This document shows positions 1 to 11,225 of a stretch of 64,000 bases of DNA, piece by piece. Below the pieces are notes generated by a model. It was not told where the DNA came from. It worked only from the letters and a program-made list of their open reading frames with translations, and did no database searches. This DNA comes from an uncultured Chloroflexia bacterium. Lineage in GTDB: Bacteria > Chloroflexota > Anaerolineae > CG2-30-64-16. Location of the stretch: contig CAWEMM010000014.1 in NCBI GenBank assembly GCA_963810095.1, positions 64,001 to 128,000 of the forward strand, written 5' to 3'. Made by a program: the position numbers and the translations under genes. Positions within the stretch are counted from its first letter, which is position 1. The number at the start of each line of letters is the position of its first letter.

Positions 1-460
1 GGTCGCCGCTCGGCGCAAGGCTGAAGGCCCGGCCGGCCGGGTCCATTAAGAAATGCAGGTGGCCGTTGTTCTGGGTGCGGGCCTGCTGCAGGCGCGCGAG
101 CAGGTCCGTCGATAGCCCACGGGCGCGTGTCAACAGCCGGTCAACCTCGGGATCGCCCTGGAAGGGCGCGAGCCACGCGGCGAACTTCGCGATGGATTCC
201 AAGCCCCGGCCCTGCACCCAGCCGCTGGCGACATCCCGGCCGAGCAGAGGATGAACGGGCGGCAGTTCTTCACCCGTCGTGAGGTTGATCTTCGTATCGA
301 TCCACGGGTAGTAGGCGCTGCGTTCCGTCCGGTCGAGGATCGTGCGGAACTGCGTTACGATCATGGCCTGGTACGGTTCAACGACGCGCTGCAGATCCCC
401 GAGCGTGGTGTGAACGGGCAGGAGCACGGTCGAGTAAGTGGCATGGGTCGGAGTGAGCAT
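1..460 (-). CDS. AGE (N-acylglucosamine 2-epimerase) superfamily protein, 5' part; runs off the window edge
   Basis: Not in the ORF track. Manual translation from ATG 460 (AAGGA upstream) is open to base 2: MLTPTHATY...DVASGWVQGRGLESIAKF...NNGHLHFLMDPAGR. The WxQGR and GxxxFxxDxxG segments resemble the AGE-family N-terminal helices. Confidence 0.55.
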   Translation of the reverse strand, partial: MLTPTHATYSTVLLPVHTTLGDLQRVVEPYQAMIVTQFRTILDRTERSAYYPWIDTKINLTTGEELPPVHPLLGRDVASGWVQGRGLESIAKFAAWLAPFQGDPEVDRLLTRARGLSTDLLARLQQARTQNNGHLHFLMDPAGRAFSLAPSGD

Positions 461-469
461 ATCTGTCCT

Positions 470-498
470 TTGACAAGGGTGCGGGTATCGTGTAGCGT
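470..498 (+). promoter_or_regulatory. Putative sigma70-type promoter for the Gfo/Idh/MocA gene
   Basis: TTGACA (470-475), 17-bp spacer, TAGCGT (493-498). Confidence 0.35.
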
Positions 499-589
499 GC
501 GGAACGTCGCCGCCATCTTTTCCGGCTGCATCGCCGTCATTTGAGATCGTCAGCGCTTCACCGCCGTTACTATCCAGAGGAGTGGGTCC

Positions 590-1602
590 ATGCGTTTCGC
601 AATCATCGGAATCGGGAATATTGCGCCCATTCACGCCGCCGCCATTCGCGGCGTGTCGGGCGATCTGGTCGCGGTCGCCACCCGCGACGAAGGCCGCGGT
701 CGCGCGTTCGCGGCCCAGCACGGCGGGGCGTGGTACGCCAACTACGAAGACCTCTTGGCGCAGGCCCACCCCGACGTCGTCGCCATCTGCACGCCACACG
801 ACCTGCACGCGCCGATGACGTTGGCTGCGGCCAGGTCTGGGGCCCACGTGCTCTGCGAGAAGCCCATGGCGCGCAACGTGCAGGAATGCGACGCGATGAT
901 TGCGGCCTGCGAGGAGGCCGGCGTCACGCTCGGCGTCGCCTTCCAGGGCCGCTTCGAGCCGTTATCGGTTAAGCTGAAAACGCGCTGGACGCGCAGCGTC
1001 TGGGCCGCCTGCTGTGGGCCAGCGCGAACACGCTGTGGCACCGCACCGACGCCTACTACCGCAGCGGTCCGTGGCGCGGCACCTGGGCGCACGAGGGCGG
1101 CGGCGTGCTGATCAACCAGGCCATCCACGCCATCGACCTGCTGATCTGGCTCGCCGGGCTGCCCGAACAGGTCACGGCCCGCATCCGCACTCTCAACCAT
1201 GCCATTGAGGTGGAGGACGCCGCCATGGCAATCATGGAGTATGCGGACGGCCGGTTGGGGTTGATCCAAGCCACGACCATCGCACATCCCGGCTACCCTG
1301 AGCGGATCGAGCTGTTCGGTTCGGCGGGCAGCGTCGTCTATAACAAGGGCCTGGCCCGGCTCGAGTGGCGGCTGGCCGACCCGCCGCAGGACTTCACCGA
1401 GGAAGGCGAGGTGAGCAGCGGCGCGGCCCGCCCCATGGACATCAACGCGGCGGGACATACCGCGCTCTACGCCGATTTTCTCGCCGCGATCCGTGAGGGC
1501 CGGCGGCCCCTTGTTGACGGCCGCGAGGGCCGGCGCAGCATCTCCTTCGTCGAGGCCGTCTACCGGTCGGCACAGTCAGGGCAGACGGCCCGGCTCGAGT
1601 GA
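590..1602 (+). CDS. Gfo/Idh/MocA family NAD(P)-dependent oxidoreductase (one frameshift near 980)
   Basis: Rossmann start MRFAIIGIGNIA and CEKP motif in ORF 590-1111. Continues in the frame of ORF 1105-1602 (W-RGTW..EGGGVLINQAIHAIDL). GAGGAG RBS upstream. Confidence 0.85.
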
Positions 1603-1625
1603 CCTCCGTTCCTCTCCTGGCCCGG

Positions 1626-2469
1626 TCAGGAGAGGAGGTCGGGGGGCGCGGGGCGTTCGAGCGAACGCAAGTGTTGGAGCGCGCGCCGAGCCGCCGCGTC
1701 GGGGTGAGGCAGGGGCATGAACTCGCCTGAGACGAAACCGCCGTAGTTCGATCTTTGCAGCACATCCAGCAGCCTGGCGAAGTCCACGTGCCCCGCGCCG
1801 GGGTACCAGCGATTCGAGTCCGCCACGTGGACGTGGAATAACCGCCCGCCCGCGGCCTGCAGGCTCGCCTCGATAGACGGCTCTTCGATGTTGGCGTGGA
1901 ACGTGTCGAAGAGGAGGCCCAGGTTGGGCGAGCCCACCCGGTCGATCAAGTCCAGCCCTTGCGCGACCGTGTTGACCAGGGTCGTCTCATACCGGTTGAT
2001 CGGCTCGAGCGCGATTCGCACGCCCGACTTGCCCGCCTCCCAGCAGCACTCCCGGCAGCGCCCCGGTGATCCAGTCCAGCGCTTGCGCCTGGCTCACCCG
2101 CGGGCGGCCGATGCCACGCAGCAGGCCGACGATCACCAGCGCACCGAGCCGCTGGGCCAAGGGGAGGTGGGCCTTCGTGCGCTCGATGGCCGCCCGGCGA
2201 ACCGCCGGGTCGGGGTCCGAGTAGGACAGACCTTCTTCACCCCACGCCTGGCCTGTGCCAATGGCCGGTACGACCAACCCGCAGGATGCCACCAGCTCGG
2301 CCAGTTCCCCCGCATCGACCAGCCGCGGATCACGGATCGCGAGCTCGACTCCGTCATAACCCCAACCGGCGATTTTGGCGACGTTCGCTGCGAGATCCCC
2401 TTTAAGCGCGACGGCCTCGAAGCGGGCCTGCTGCACCGAAAGGACGATACTGAGCTTGAGGGGGGACAC
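1626..2469 (-). CDS. iolO: IolO-like sugar-phosphate isomerase/epimerase (5-keto-L-gluconate epimerase family, TIM barrel), frameshift near 2055
   Basis: KLSIVLS...KGDL...GYDGVELAIRDP...AIGTGQA, then EPINRYET, DTFHANIEE, HVHVADSNRW and VSGEFMPLP. Recalled close resemblance to the Thermotoga IolO/D-tagatose 3-epimerase-like family. Split over ORFs 1987-2469 and 1626-2021. Confidence 0.75.
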
Positions 2470-2502
2470 TTGAGACCTCCGAGGTATCGGGCGGGGGCCC
2501 GG

Positions 2503-3321
2503 TTAGCCGGCGAACGCCTGCTGCATCCACGCCAGGCACGCGGCCACCGCCGGCTCGGGGTCCAGGACGTAGGACATGCCCAGTTCGGCCGAGACATAGC
2601 CGGCGTAACCCGCCGACTTCAGCGCGGCCACAAACGGCGCGAAGTCGATCGTGCCCGAGCCGGGGAGCAGGTGTGAATCGGCCGAGCGGTCGTTGTCGTC
2701 CAGGTCGACGTGGCCGAGCAATGGGCCCAGCTTGCCGACACCCTCCGCGAGATCTTCGCCGTTCACGTGCAGATGGCCCGTGTCGAGCAGGATGCCAAGC
2801 TGCGGGTCGCCGACTTCGCGCATCATGCGCAGGCCGTCGTCTAGGGTCAGGATTTGGTTGGACTCGAAGCGGTGTGCCGGCTCGATGTAGACGCGCAGGC
2901 CCGTCCCGCGGGTGTATTCCAAAAGCTCGCAGATGCTGCGGCGCAGGCATTCCCAGCCCCGCTCACGCGGCTCGTCAAACCCGCTGAACCCCGCGCACAC
3001 GTGCACTGAAGGCGCGCGGAGCAGGAGCGCGTTGTCCACATTGTCCATGATATAACGCACGCTGTCGCGGCGCACCTTCTCGTTCGTGGAAGAGAGCAGG
3101 GATGGGTAGCGGAACTGCGCGGGGATGACGTGGCACACTTCCATCCCGTACTCTGCGAGCAGGTCCTGGATTTCGCCGAGCTGCGCGTGGAGGTCCTGGC
3201 GGTACATGTGCGGCCGGCCGCCCCAAACCGAAATGCCGTCGTACCCGAGGCGGCCCAGGCTTCGGATCGCGTACTGAAGCGAGTAGTTGCTGTAGACAAA
3301 CGATGATTGGGCGAACTTCAT
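2503..3321 (-). CDS. Sugar-phosphate isomerase/epimerase (AP_endonuc_2 TIM barrel), FrlC (fructoselysine 3-epimerase)-like
   Basis: GYDGISVWGGRPH, IEPAHRFES, LDTGH, HVDLDDN..DSHLLPGSG and SAEL. The WGGRPH motif is shared with FrlC. Confidence 0.8.
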   Translation of the reverse strand: MKFAQSSFVYSNYSLQYAIRSLGRLGYDGISVWGGRPHMYRQDLHAQLGEIQDLLAEYGMEVCHVIPAQFRYPSLLSSTNEKVRRDSVRYIMDNVDNALLLRAPSVHVCAGFSGFDEPRERGWECLRRSICELLEYTRGTGLRVYIEPAHRFESNQILTLDDGLRMMREVGDPQLGILLDTGHLHVNGEDLAEGVGKLGPLLGHVDLDDNDRSADSHLLPGSGTIDFAPFVAALKSAGYAGYVSAELGMSYVLDPEPAVAACLAWMQQAFAG

Positions 3322-4570
3322 ACGGCCTCACAGGCGGCCAGCCGGTCGCGGAGTGTGTCGAACTCGCCGTACTCCTGCGCCGTATCCAGCATGGCGACGA
3401 TATTCTCGGGCGGCACGTTCGCTTGGATGTTGTGAACCTGGTTGAAGATAAAGCCACCGCCCGGCGCCAGGATGTCGATCTGCCGGCGGACATGGTCGGC
3501 CACCCCCTGCGGCGACGCCTCGGGGAGGACGTGCTGCGTATCGCACCCGCCGCCCCAGAAAACCAGGTCCCGGCCGAACTCCCGCTTGAGCCGGGCGGGG
3601 TCCATGCCCACGGCGGAGATCTGAACCGGGTTCAGAATGTCGACGCCCGCCTCGATCAGGTCAGGGATCAGCGGGTAGATGCCACCGCAGCAATGCAGGA
3701 AGACCGGCAGGCCGCTGCGCGCTTTGATGAACTGCCACACCTGGCTGTGACACGGCTTGACGAGGCGCCGGTACATGCGCGGCGACAGCTGCGGGCCGGC
3801 CTGGGTCCCCAGGTCGTCGCCCACCTGGACGATGTCGACAAACTCCCCCACTGCGTCGAGATACCGGTCGAGGTCCGCGCAGGCTGTGTCCGCCAGCCGC
3901 CGCAGCAGGGCTTCGGCCAGTGCGGGGCGGGCGCCCAGGTCTTCCATGAAGCGCTGCCAACCGCGCGCAAATTGTGCGCCTTCATAGATGCGAATGCCGG
4001 TGAGCGCGACAATCGCCTTGTCCGTCGTCGCTCGCAGGCGCTGCGCCTCGGTCCGCAGCCAGGCCAGCTCCGTGTCGGAGAGGGCGGGCGGCGACCACGC
4101 TTCGATCTCGGCCACGCTCGTCGCGTCCGCAAGCGGCTCGTAGACCGGCTCGAAGTAGAGCCCTTCCGGCGGCATCCGGTACAGGATGTGACCCGCCGTG
4201 TCGCGTATCTCCAGGCCCCCATCCTCCCGGCGGACGGGATGCAAGCCGTCCGGGATCTGCGCCGGCGACCCGTCGGGCAGGGTCCACGGCTTCCACGCCG
4301 GGCGGGCGGGATCGAGGCCGATGGCGGCGCGGGGCAGGGGCAGCGCGTCGAGCCCGAAGCGTGCGACGATGCTCATCTCGGGCTGCGCAAGCTGCTGCAT
4401 GATGTCGTACATCTGCGTCTGCCCGCCGGCCATGTGCAGATGCGCCTTCAGCCGGTTGTACGCGATGGCGTGAATGCCCGACGAGCGCATGGCGCCGAGG
4501 TCGATGGGGATGCGGTCGGCCTCCTGGTGGCGCACTGCTGCCAGGAGGCGGTCGCGCGAAGTCGGGGGTG

Positions 4571-4574
<4 letters not shown>
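3318..4574 (-). CDS. Uroporphyrinogen decarboxylase (URO-D)/MtaA-CmuA-fold protein #1
   Basis: True start [11 protein letters not shown] at 4574 (ATGA overlap with the oppF stop). Motifs [50 protein letters not shown]. Confidence 0.85.
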
Positions 4575-5586
<1,012 letters not shown>

Positions 5587-5590
<4 letters not shown>

Positions 5591-6648
5591 GCCGTCACCT
5601 CCACGCCACTCGCCGGGGCAGCCTCTCCGGCTGCTCCGTGATACAGGAAGCAGCTGACCCGCTGCTGCTCGCCGACGGGCAAGAGCGCGGGCGAGTGTTG
5701 GTCGCACACGCCGGGCATGAACCGTGAGCAGCGGGGATAGAAGGGACAGCCCTTGGGCCGGTTGAACGGGTGCGGGATCGACCCGGTGATCGTGGGCAGA
5801 TTCGCCCGCGGTGCCATGTGAATGCTGGGGATCGACTCGAGCAGCGCATGGGTGTAGGGATGCTTCGGGCTGTGAAAAATCATGTCCACCGGCCCCTGCT
5901 CCACGACAAGACCCAGGTACATCACCGTGACGTAGTCCGCCATCTGGGCGATGACGCCGAGGTCGTGGGTGATGAAGATGATGGCTGAGTTGCGCTCCTG
6001 CTGCAGCCGGCGCAGCAGCTTCAGCACCTGCGCCTGCGTCGTCACGTCGACCGCAGTCGTCGGTTCGTCCGCGATGAGGATTGCGGGGTTGCACGAGAGC
6101 GCCATGGCGATCATCGCCCGCTGGCGCAGCCCGCCGCTCAACTGCCACGAATAGGCGTCGAGTCGCTGATCTGCTTCCGGGATGCCAACTTCCTTGAGCA
6201 TTTGGAGTGCGATATTGCGCGCGTCGCGGGCATTCACGCGCCGGTGCAGCTGAATCGCCTCGATGATCTGGTCGCCAATGGTGTGGACCGGACTGAAGGC
6301 AGCCATGGGCTCCTGGGGGATCAACCCGATCTGCCCACCCCGGATGTCGCGCATCTCCGCGCCTTTCGCGTCCAGCTTCGCCAGGTCGAGCATGCGAGTC
6401 GATCCATCTTTGGCCGTGCGCCGCATAATCATCTCTCCGCTCACGATGCGGCCGGGTGGCTCGACGATACGCAGCAGCGCCTTCATCGTCACGCTCTTGC
6501 CACAGCCACTCTCGCCGACGATCCCGAAGACCTGGCCGGGCTGAACGTCCAAAGAGATTCCGTCGACCGCCTTGACCACCCCTTCATCCATGAAGAAGTG
6601 GACCTTGAGGTCTCGGATTGAAAGCAGGGTATCGGCTTGTTGATTCAT
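5587..6648 (-). CDS. Oligopeptide/dipeptide-family ABC transporter ATP-binding subunit (OppD/DppD)
   Basis: [36 protein letters not shown]. Confidence 0.92.
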
Positions 6649-6672
6649 GCGCCAAGTCCTTGACTGTGCAAC

Positions 6673-7812
6673 TCAGTGGCTGTAGGGATCGGCGGCATCG
6701 CGCAGGCCATCGCCGACGAGGTTGAACGCCAGCACGGAGATGACCACGGCCAGGCCGGGGATCAATAGCCAGGACGCCTGCGCAACCGTCTGGATGTTCT
6801 GGGCTTCCTGCAGCAGCACGCCCCAGCTAATAGCAGGGGGGCGGATGCCCAGCCCGAGGAAGCTCAGCGAAGTCTCGCTGATGATCATCACAGGGATGGC
6901 AAGCGTGCTCGTGGCGATGATGTGGCTCGAAAACGACGGGACCATGTGGTGCACGATAATCCGGTAGCGGCTGGCACCCGACAGTTCCGCAGCCAACACG
7001 AAATCCTCTTCGCGCAAGGAGAGAAAACGACCCCGGACCTCCCGAGCCAGCGTGGTCCAGCCGATGAAGGCCAGGATGATCGTGATGGCAAAAAAGACAC
7101 GCTCGGGCGGCCACCAGCGAGGCAGCGCCGCGGTCATGGCGAGCCAGATCGGGATGGTCGGCAGCGACTGGAGGATCTCGATCATCCGCTGGATGACGAG
7201 GTCGGGAATCCCGCCGAAATAGCCTGACACGCCGCCCAGAAGCACGCCGAGTATGACGCTCAGGAATACTGCGATCAAACCGACGGTCATGGATGTGCGT
7301 GTCCCGAACATCAGGCGCGACCACTGGTCGCGACCAAGGCGATCGGACCCAATGAGGTAGAACTTCTCGGCCGATTCCGGATCTTTCAACCCCAGGAGAT
7401 GAACGTTTGTCCTCATCCCGAGCACCTTGTACTCGTACCCCTGGGCGAAGAACTGGAGCGGAATGCGCTTATCCGGGTTGACCGTCCATTCCATGCGCAA
7501 GGTGACCTTATTCCGCTTGCCCTCGATGCCGGGCACGGACATGAAGTAGCCGTAGCGGAAGAATGAAATCCGCTGAGGTGGAATAAAGATTTGCTTTGCA
7601 CTGGTTTCGTAAGGATCGAAGGTGGCAAAGAACGCCGGCACCAGGACGATCGCGTAGAATAAGATCAGCACGAAGATGCTGACGACGGCGAGCTTGTTTT
7701 TCCGAAAACGCCACCACACCAACTTCCAGTTCGGTGCGACTGAAACGTCATCCTCTGCTCGCGAGATTGTCGTCCGCTCTACCGGGGAGGCGCCTGGGAC
7801 AGCTTCGGTCAT
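6673..7812 (-). CDS. ABC transporter permease (OppC/DppC type)
   Basis: WWRFRKNKLA, GSDRLGRD, EAA-loop equivalent FVLAAELSGAS, ETSLSFLGLG, FNLVGDGLRDAADP. Confidence 0.92.
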   Translation of the reverse strand: MTEAVPGASPVERTTISRAEDDVSVAPNWKLVWWRFRKNKLAVVSIFVLILFYAIVLVPAFFATFDPYETSAKQIFIPPQRISFFRYGYFMSVPGIEGKRNKVTLRMEWTVNPDKRIPLQFFAQGYEYKVLGMRTNVHLLGLKDPESAEKFYLIGSDRLGRDQWSRLMFGTRTSMTVGLIAVFLSVILGVLLGGVSGYFGGIPDLVIQRMIEILQSLPTIPIWLAMTAALPRWWPPERVFFAITIILAFIGWTTLAREVRGRFLSLREEDFVLAAELSGASRYRIIVHHMVPSFSSHIIATSTLAIPVMIISETSLSFLGLGIRPPAISWGVLLQEAQNIQTVAQASWLLIPGLAVVISVLAFNLVGDGLRDAADPYSH

Positions 7813-7813
7813 C

Positions 7814-8806
7814 TTAGTTGCCTCCTTCCATGCGGATGCGCGGGTCGGCCACGGCCAGCAGCACGTCCGAGATCAGCGTGCCGACGATCGTGAGCAGACA
7901 GTAGATCAGGAGGATGCTGCCGGCCAGGTACATGTCCTGCTGTTGCAGGGCCCGCAGCAGCAGGGGGCCGATGTTGGGGATGTTCATCACGGTCGCCACG
8001 ATCAGGCTGCCGGAGAAGAGCTGAGGCAGGTACCAGCCGATCGTGCTGATGAGTGGGTTGAAGGCCAGCCGCACCGGGTACTTCATCACCAGGCGCCACT
8101 CGGACAGCCCTTTGGCGCGGGCGGTGATGACATATTGCTTGTTGAGCTCGTCGAGCAGGTTTGCACGCATGATGCGGGTGAGGCGGGCCGTGCCCGCCAC
8201 GCCAAGGACGATCGCGGCCACCCAGATGTGTTTCATCAGGTCGGCGAAGCGCGCCCAGCTCCACGGCGCCTGCACGAATTGGGGTGAGAAGAGGCCGGTG
8301 ATGCTGATGCCGAGCTTGTCAAACGCAAACCACATCAGGATCAGGGCCAGCAGGAAGTTCGGGATCGCCACGCCGACATAGTTAAACACGGTGATGATAT
8401 AGTCAAACACGGTGTTAGGATGCGTGGCCGAGTAGATCCCGCAGGGTATGGCGATCGCCCAGGTGATGATGAAGGCAAAAAGCGCCAGTGCCACGGTCAG
8501 GAGCAGGCGCTCGCCGATCAACTCGCCGTTTGGCCGCTGATACTCGAGCGAACGTCCCAGGTCACCCTTGAGGAGACCGCTCATCCAACGGCTATACTGA
8601 ACCGTTACCGGCTGGTCGACCCCAAACTGCACTTTAAGCGCGTCGACCTGCGCTTGGTCCATCGAGGAGCCGGACGAAGCAAGGGTTGCGATATAGCTGG
8701 TGAGGAAGTCGCCCGGCGGTGCTTGAACCAGGCCAAACACGATGATCGAGAAGATCAGGATCAGGACCGGCAGCAGCAGCAAGCGCTGGACAATGTATCT
8801 GAGCAT
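7814..8806 (-). CDS. ABC transporter permease (OppB/DppB type)
   Basis: Start MLRYIVQRLL at 8806. PPGD, GDLGRS, YVITARAKGL, DPRIR. Confidence 0.92.
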   Translation of the reverse strand: MLRYIVQRLLLLPVLILIFSIIVFGLVQAPPGDFLTSYIATLASSGSSMDQAQVDALKVQFGVDQPVTVQYSRWMSGLLKGDLGRSLEYQRPNGELIGERLLLTVALALFAFIITWAIAIPCGIYSATHPNTVFDYIITVFNYVGVAIPNFLLALILMWFAFDKLGISITGLFSPQFVQAPWSWARFADLMKHIWVAAIVLGVAGTARLTRIMRANLLDELNKQYVITARAKGLSEWRLVMKYPVRLAFNPLISTIGWYLPQLFSGSLIVATVMNIPNIGPLLLRALQQQDMYLAGSILLIYCLLTIVGTLISDVLLAVADPRIRMEGGN

Positions 8807-8845
8807 AAGTGCACCCTCGCAGAAGGCCCCTTCGCATGGATCACG

Positions 8846-8894
8846 GGTTGCGGGTTTGAGACCCCGCCCAAGGCGGCGCCTCAAACCCGCAACC
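8846..8894. terminator. Strong stem-loop between the SBP and permease genes (mRNA stabiliser or attenuator)
   Basis: Perfect 15-bp inverted repeat GGTTGCGGGTTTGAG (8846-8860) / CTCAAACCCGCAACC (8880-8894), with an inner CCGCC-CAA-GGCGG hairpin. Confidence 0.65.
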
Positions 8895-8907
8895 AAGAAC
8901 GGTGAGA

Positions 8908-10995
8908 CTACTGCTGGAAGAACCAGATCTCGGGCTTGCCGTTGCCCGGCGTGCGGAGAGCCCAGTCCTTGGTCAGGTTTTCCGGCACGTTCTTCAGGTT
9001 CTTGTTGACCACGGCGACGCCCTGGTCCATGGCGGTGAGGCCGATGGTGCCGATGTCGTACAGGTTCTCAACCCAGATGGTGTTGATTTCCTTGGCGATT
9101 TCGGCCTGGCGGTCGGGGCCGGCGCTCTTGGCCTCGTCCTGGAGTTCGACGATCTTCTTCCACGGCGCGGGCGGCTCGACGCCTTCCTTGCCGTTGGTGT
9201 CGTACCAGTTCTTCCACAGCGGCCCGTAGGTCAGGTTGCCGTAGAGCGGCAGGCGGATGTCGAACTTGGTCGAGCCGCTGAACATGGTGCCGGCGGAGTC
9301 CTGGTTCCAGACTTCGGCCTGGAGTTCGTTGGCCTGGCGCATCTGGAAGTGCAGGTCGCGCTCGCGGGTTTGGAGGTCGACCCAGATGCCCACCTTCTTC
9401 AGGTCGGCAACGGCGAGTTCGGCTACGTCGACGTACGCGCCCAGGGCGGGCACCGCCGACAGCTCGAAGCCAACGCGCTTGCCGCTGGGCAGCAGGCGAT
9501 AGCCGTCCGCGTCACGCTTGGTGTAGCCCAGCTTGTCCAGGATTGCGTTCGCCTCGTCGGGCTTGTACTCGGTGTACATCTGGGCCACATCGTCGCCGGG
9601 GTACCAGGGGTGCCCCGCCTTGATGATGCCCATGCGCGGTTCGCCCGTGCCCAGGAAGACAGATTCCTGGATCTCGGGCCGGTTGATGGCGTAGGAGACG
9701 GCCTTGCGGAACTCCAGGTCCGACCACATCTTGGTCAGTTCCGGGTCCTTCTGGTAGGTCATGTTGAAGATGATGCCGGCCTCGTCGCCGCCGGTGCTCG
9801 ACCACAGGTAGATGTTGTACTTGCCCGACTTCTGCTCTTCTTCCTTCAGAACCGGGTAGTTCTTCAGGTCGATGTGGCGTTCCTGCTCGTCGAGCTCGCC
9901 TGCGATCGCGGCCAGGTTCAGCGCTGCTTTGTCCGCGAAGAACTTGACGTCGATCTTGTCCATGTACGGCAGCTGGTTGCCGGCCTGGTCCACGCCCACG
10001 TAGTACGGGTTGCGCTCGAGGGTGAGGATCTGGTCGCCCATGCGGTTCATGGCCTTCCAGGCCGCCATCACGGGGCGATCCGGGTTATCGAACTGGTCCT
10101 GCTTGAGGTAGAACAGCTCGCCCCAGGTCTTCAGGCCCGCTTCGGAAACCATCTTGTCCAGCGCAGCCTTGTCGGCGTAGGCCGTATGGAACTGCTTCAG
10201 GTAGTGGGCGGGCAGGAACATGGGATAGTTCTTGTCGCCCGCGTCCTTCTGCGCGATTTCCTGGAGGAAGAGCGTCTGCGGCGAAGCGAAGGTGAACTTG
10301 ACGCTGTAGTCGTCGACCTTCTCCACCTTGACCTCGCTCCCATCCTTGTTCAGGAGCCAGGACGGCTTCGAGGGGCTGATTTCCTTGTTGTTCACCACGT
10401 CGTTGTACCAGAACATGATGTCGTCCGCGGTGAACGGCTCGCCGTCAGACCACTTGCTGCCCTCGCGGAGCTTGATGGTCCACTCGGTGAAGTTGTCGTT
10501 CGGGGTGACGCTCTCCGCGTACTTCATCTCGACGCTGGCGCCGTCGACGGAGAAGCGGACGAGGCCGTCGTTGACGATGCGGATGAGGCCGTTGCGGTCG
10601 GACGGGCCGACAAAGCCACGATGCCACGTTCCGCCATATTGGCCGACTGCCGGCGCTTCAATGACGTACGGGGTCTTCGGCAGGCGTTCCTCGACGCCCG
10701 GCAGCTTGCCGGCCTTGACCAGTTCGGCCAGCATCGGGGCCTCGTTGTACTTGCTTGTCGGAGCCGGTACTGCGGTGGGCTCAGGCGCCTTCGTGGGCTC
10801 GGGCGCAGTCGTTGGGGCAGGGGCCGCGGTCGGCTCGGGGGCCTTGGTCGGCTCCGCGACAGGCGCCTTGGTCGGCTCGGCGACCGGCGCGGTGGTGGCT
10901 GCCGGCGCCGGCGCAGCGGGCGTCGAGCAGGCGGTGAGCACGAACCCCAGGATCAGGATCATGCTCAGGAGCGTGAGGACAGTCTTGCGATTCAT
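8908..10995 (-). CDS. ABC transporter substrate-binding lipoprotein (family 5, probably sugar/oligosaccharide-binding)
   Basis: Start MNRKTVLTLL at 10995 (GAGAAG upstream). Lipobox VLTAC, Pro/Thr/Ala repeat linker, YNEAPMLAELVKAGKLP.VEERLP, LREGSKWSDGEPFTADD, GNQLPYMD. Confidence 0.9.
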   Translation of the reverse strand: MNRKTVLTLLSMILILGFVLTACSTPAAPAPAATTAPVAEPTKAPVAEPTKAPEPTAAPAPTTAPEPTKAPEPTAVPAPTSKYNEAPMLAELVKAGKLPGVEERLPKTPYVIEAPAVGQYGGTWHRGFVGPSDRNGLIRIVNDGLVRFSVDGASVEMKYAESVTPNDNFTEWTIKLREGSKWSDGEPFTADDIMFWYNDVVNNKEISPSKPSWLLNKDGSEVKVEKVDDYSVKFTFASPQTLFLQEIAQKDAGDKNYPMFLPAHYLKQFHTAYADKAALDKMVSEAGLKTWGELFYLKQDQFDNPDRPVMAAWKAMNRMGDQILTLERNPYYVGVDQAGNQLPYMDKIDVKFFADKAALNLAAIAGELDEQERHIDLKNYPVLKEEEQKSGKYNIYLWSSTGGDEAGIIFNMTYQKDPELTKMWSDLEFRKAVSYAINRPEIQESVFLGTGEPRMGIIKAGHPWYPGDDVAQMYTEYKPDEANAILDKLGYTKRDADGYRLLPSGKRVGFELSAVPALGAYVDVAELAVADLKKVGIWVDLQTRERDLHFQMRQANELQAEVWNQDSAGTMFSGSTKFDIRLPLYGNLTYGPLWKNWYDTNGKEGVEPPAPWKKIVELQDEAKSAGPDRQAEIAKEINTIWVENLYDIGTIGLTAMDQGVAVVNKNLKNVPENLTKDWALRTPGNGKPEIWFFQQ
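10760..10925 (-). repeat. Coding low-complexity repeats ((V)AEPTKAP / PEPT units) in the SBP linker
   Basis: Translation APAPAATTAPVAEPTKAPVAEPTKAPEPTAAPAPTTAPEPTKAPEPTAVPAPT. Confidence 0.7.
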
Positions 10996-11225
10996 TTTTC
11001 CCTTTCTCCTCGGTGAGATGGTGGACGACATCTGGATTGGATGTCTCTGGTGGATAAACGACAGGACTCCGGGTTTGCTTAACTCCGCTCGTTGAGACGA
11101 CTTGCCAACCGAACGGGTCCGGCAACCGAAAAGGCGAGACGGAGCTGGCAGCCGCACCTCCCCTTCTTGTGGGCCGGCGGCGCTTTGCACCTGCCGGCTC
11201 CCGTGGCCCACGATGTGAGCAACGG

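Noticed and set aside
8902-11016. Long antisense ORFs (also 26499-28445, 49044-50864, 54684-56222 and others)
   Set aside because: Shadow frames of GC-rich genes with strong codon bias; no protein motifs or RBS
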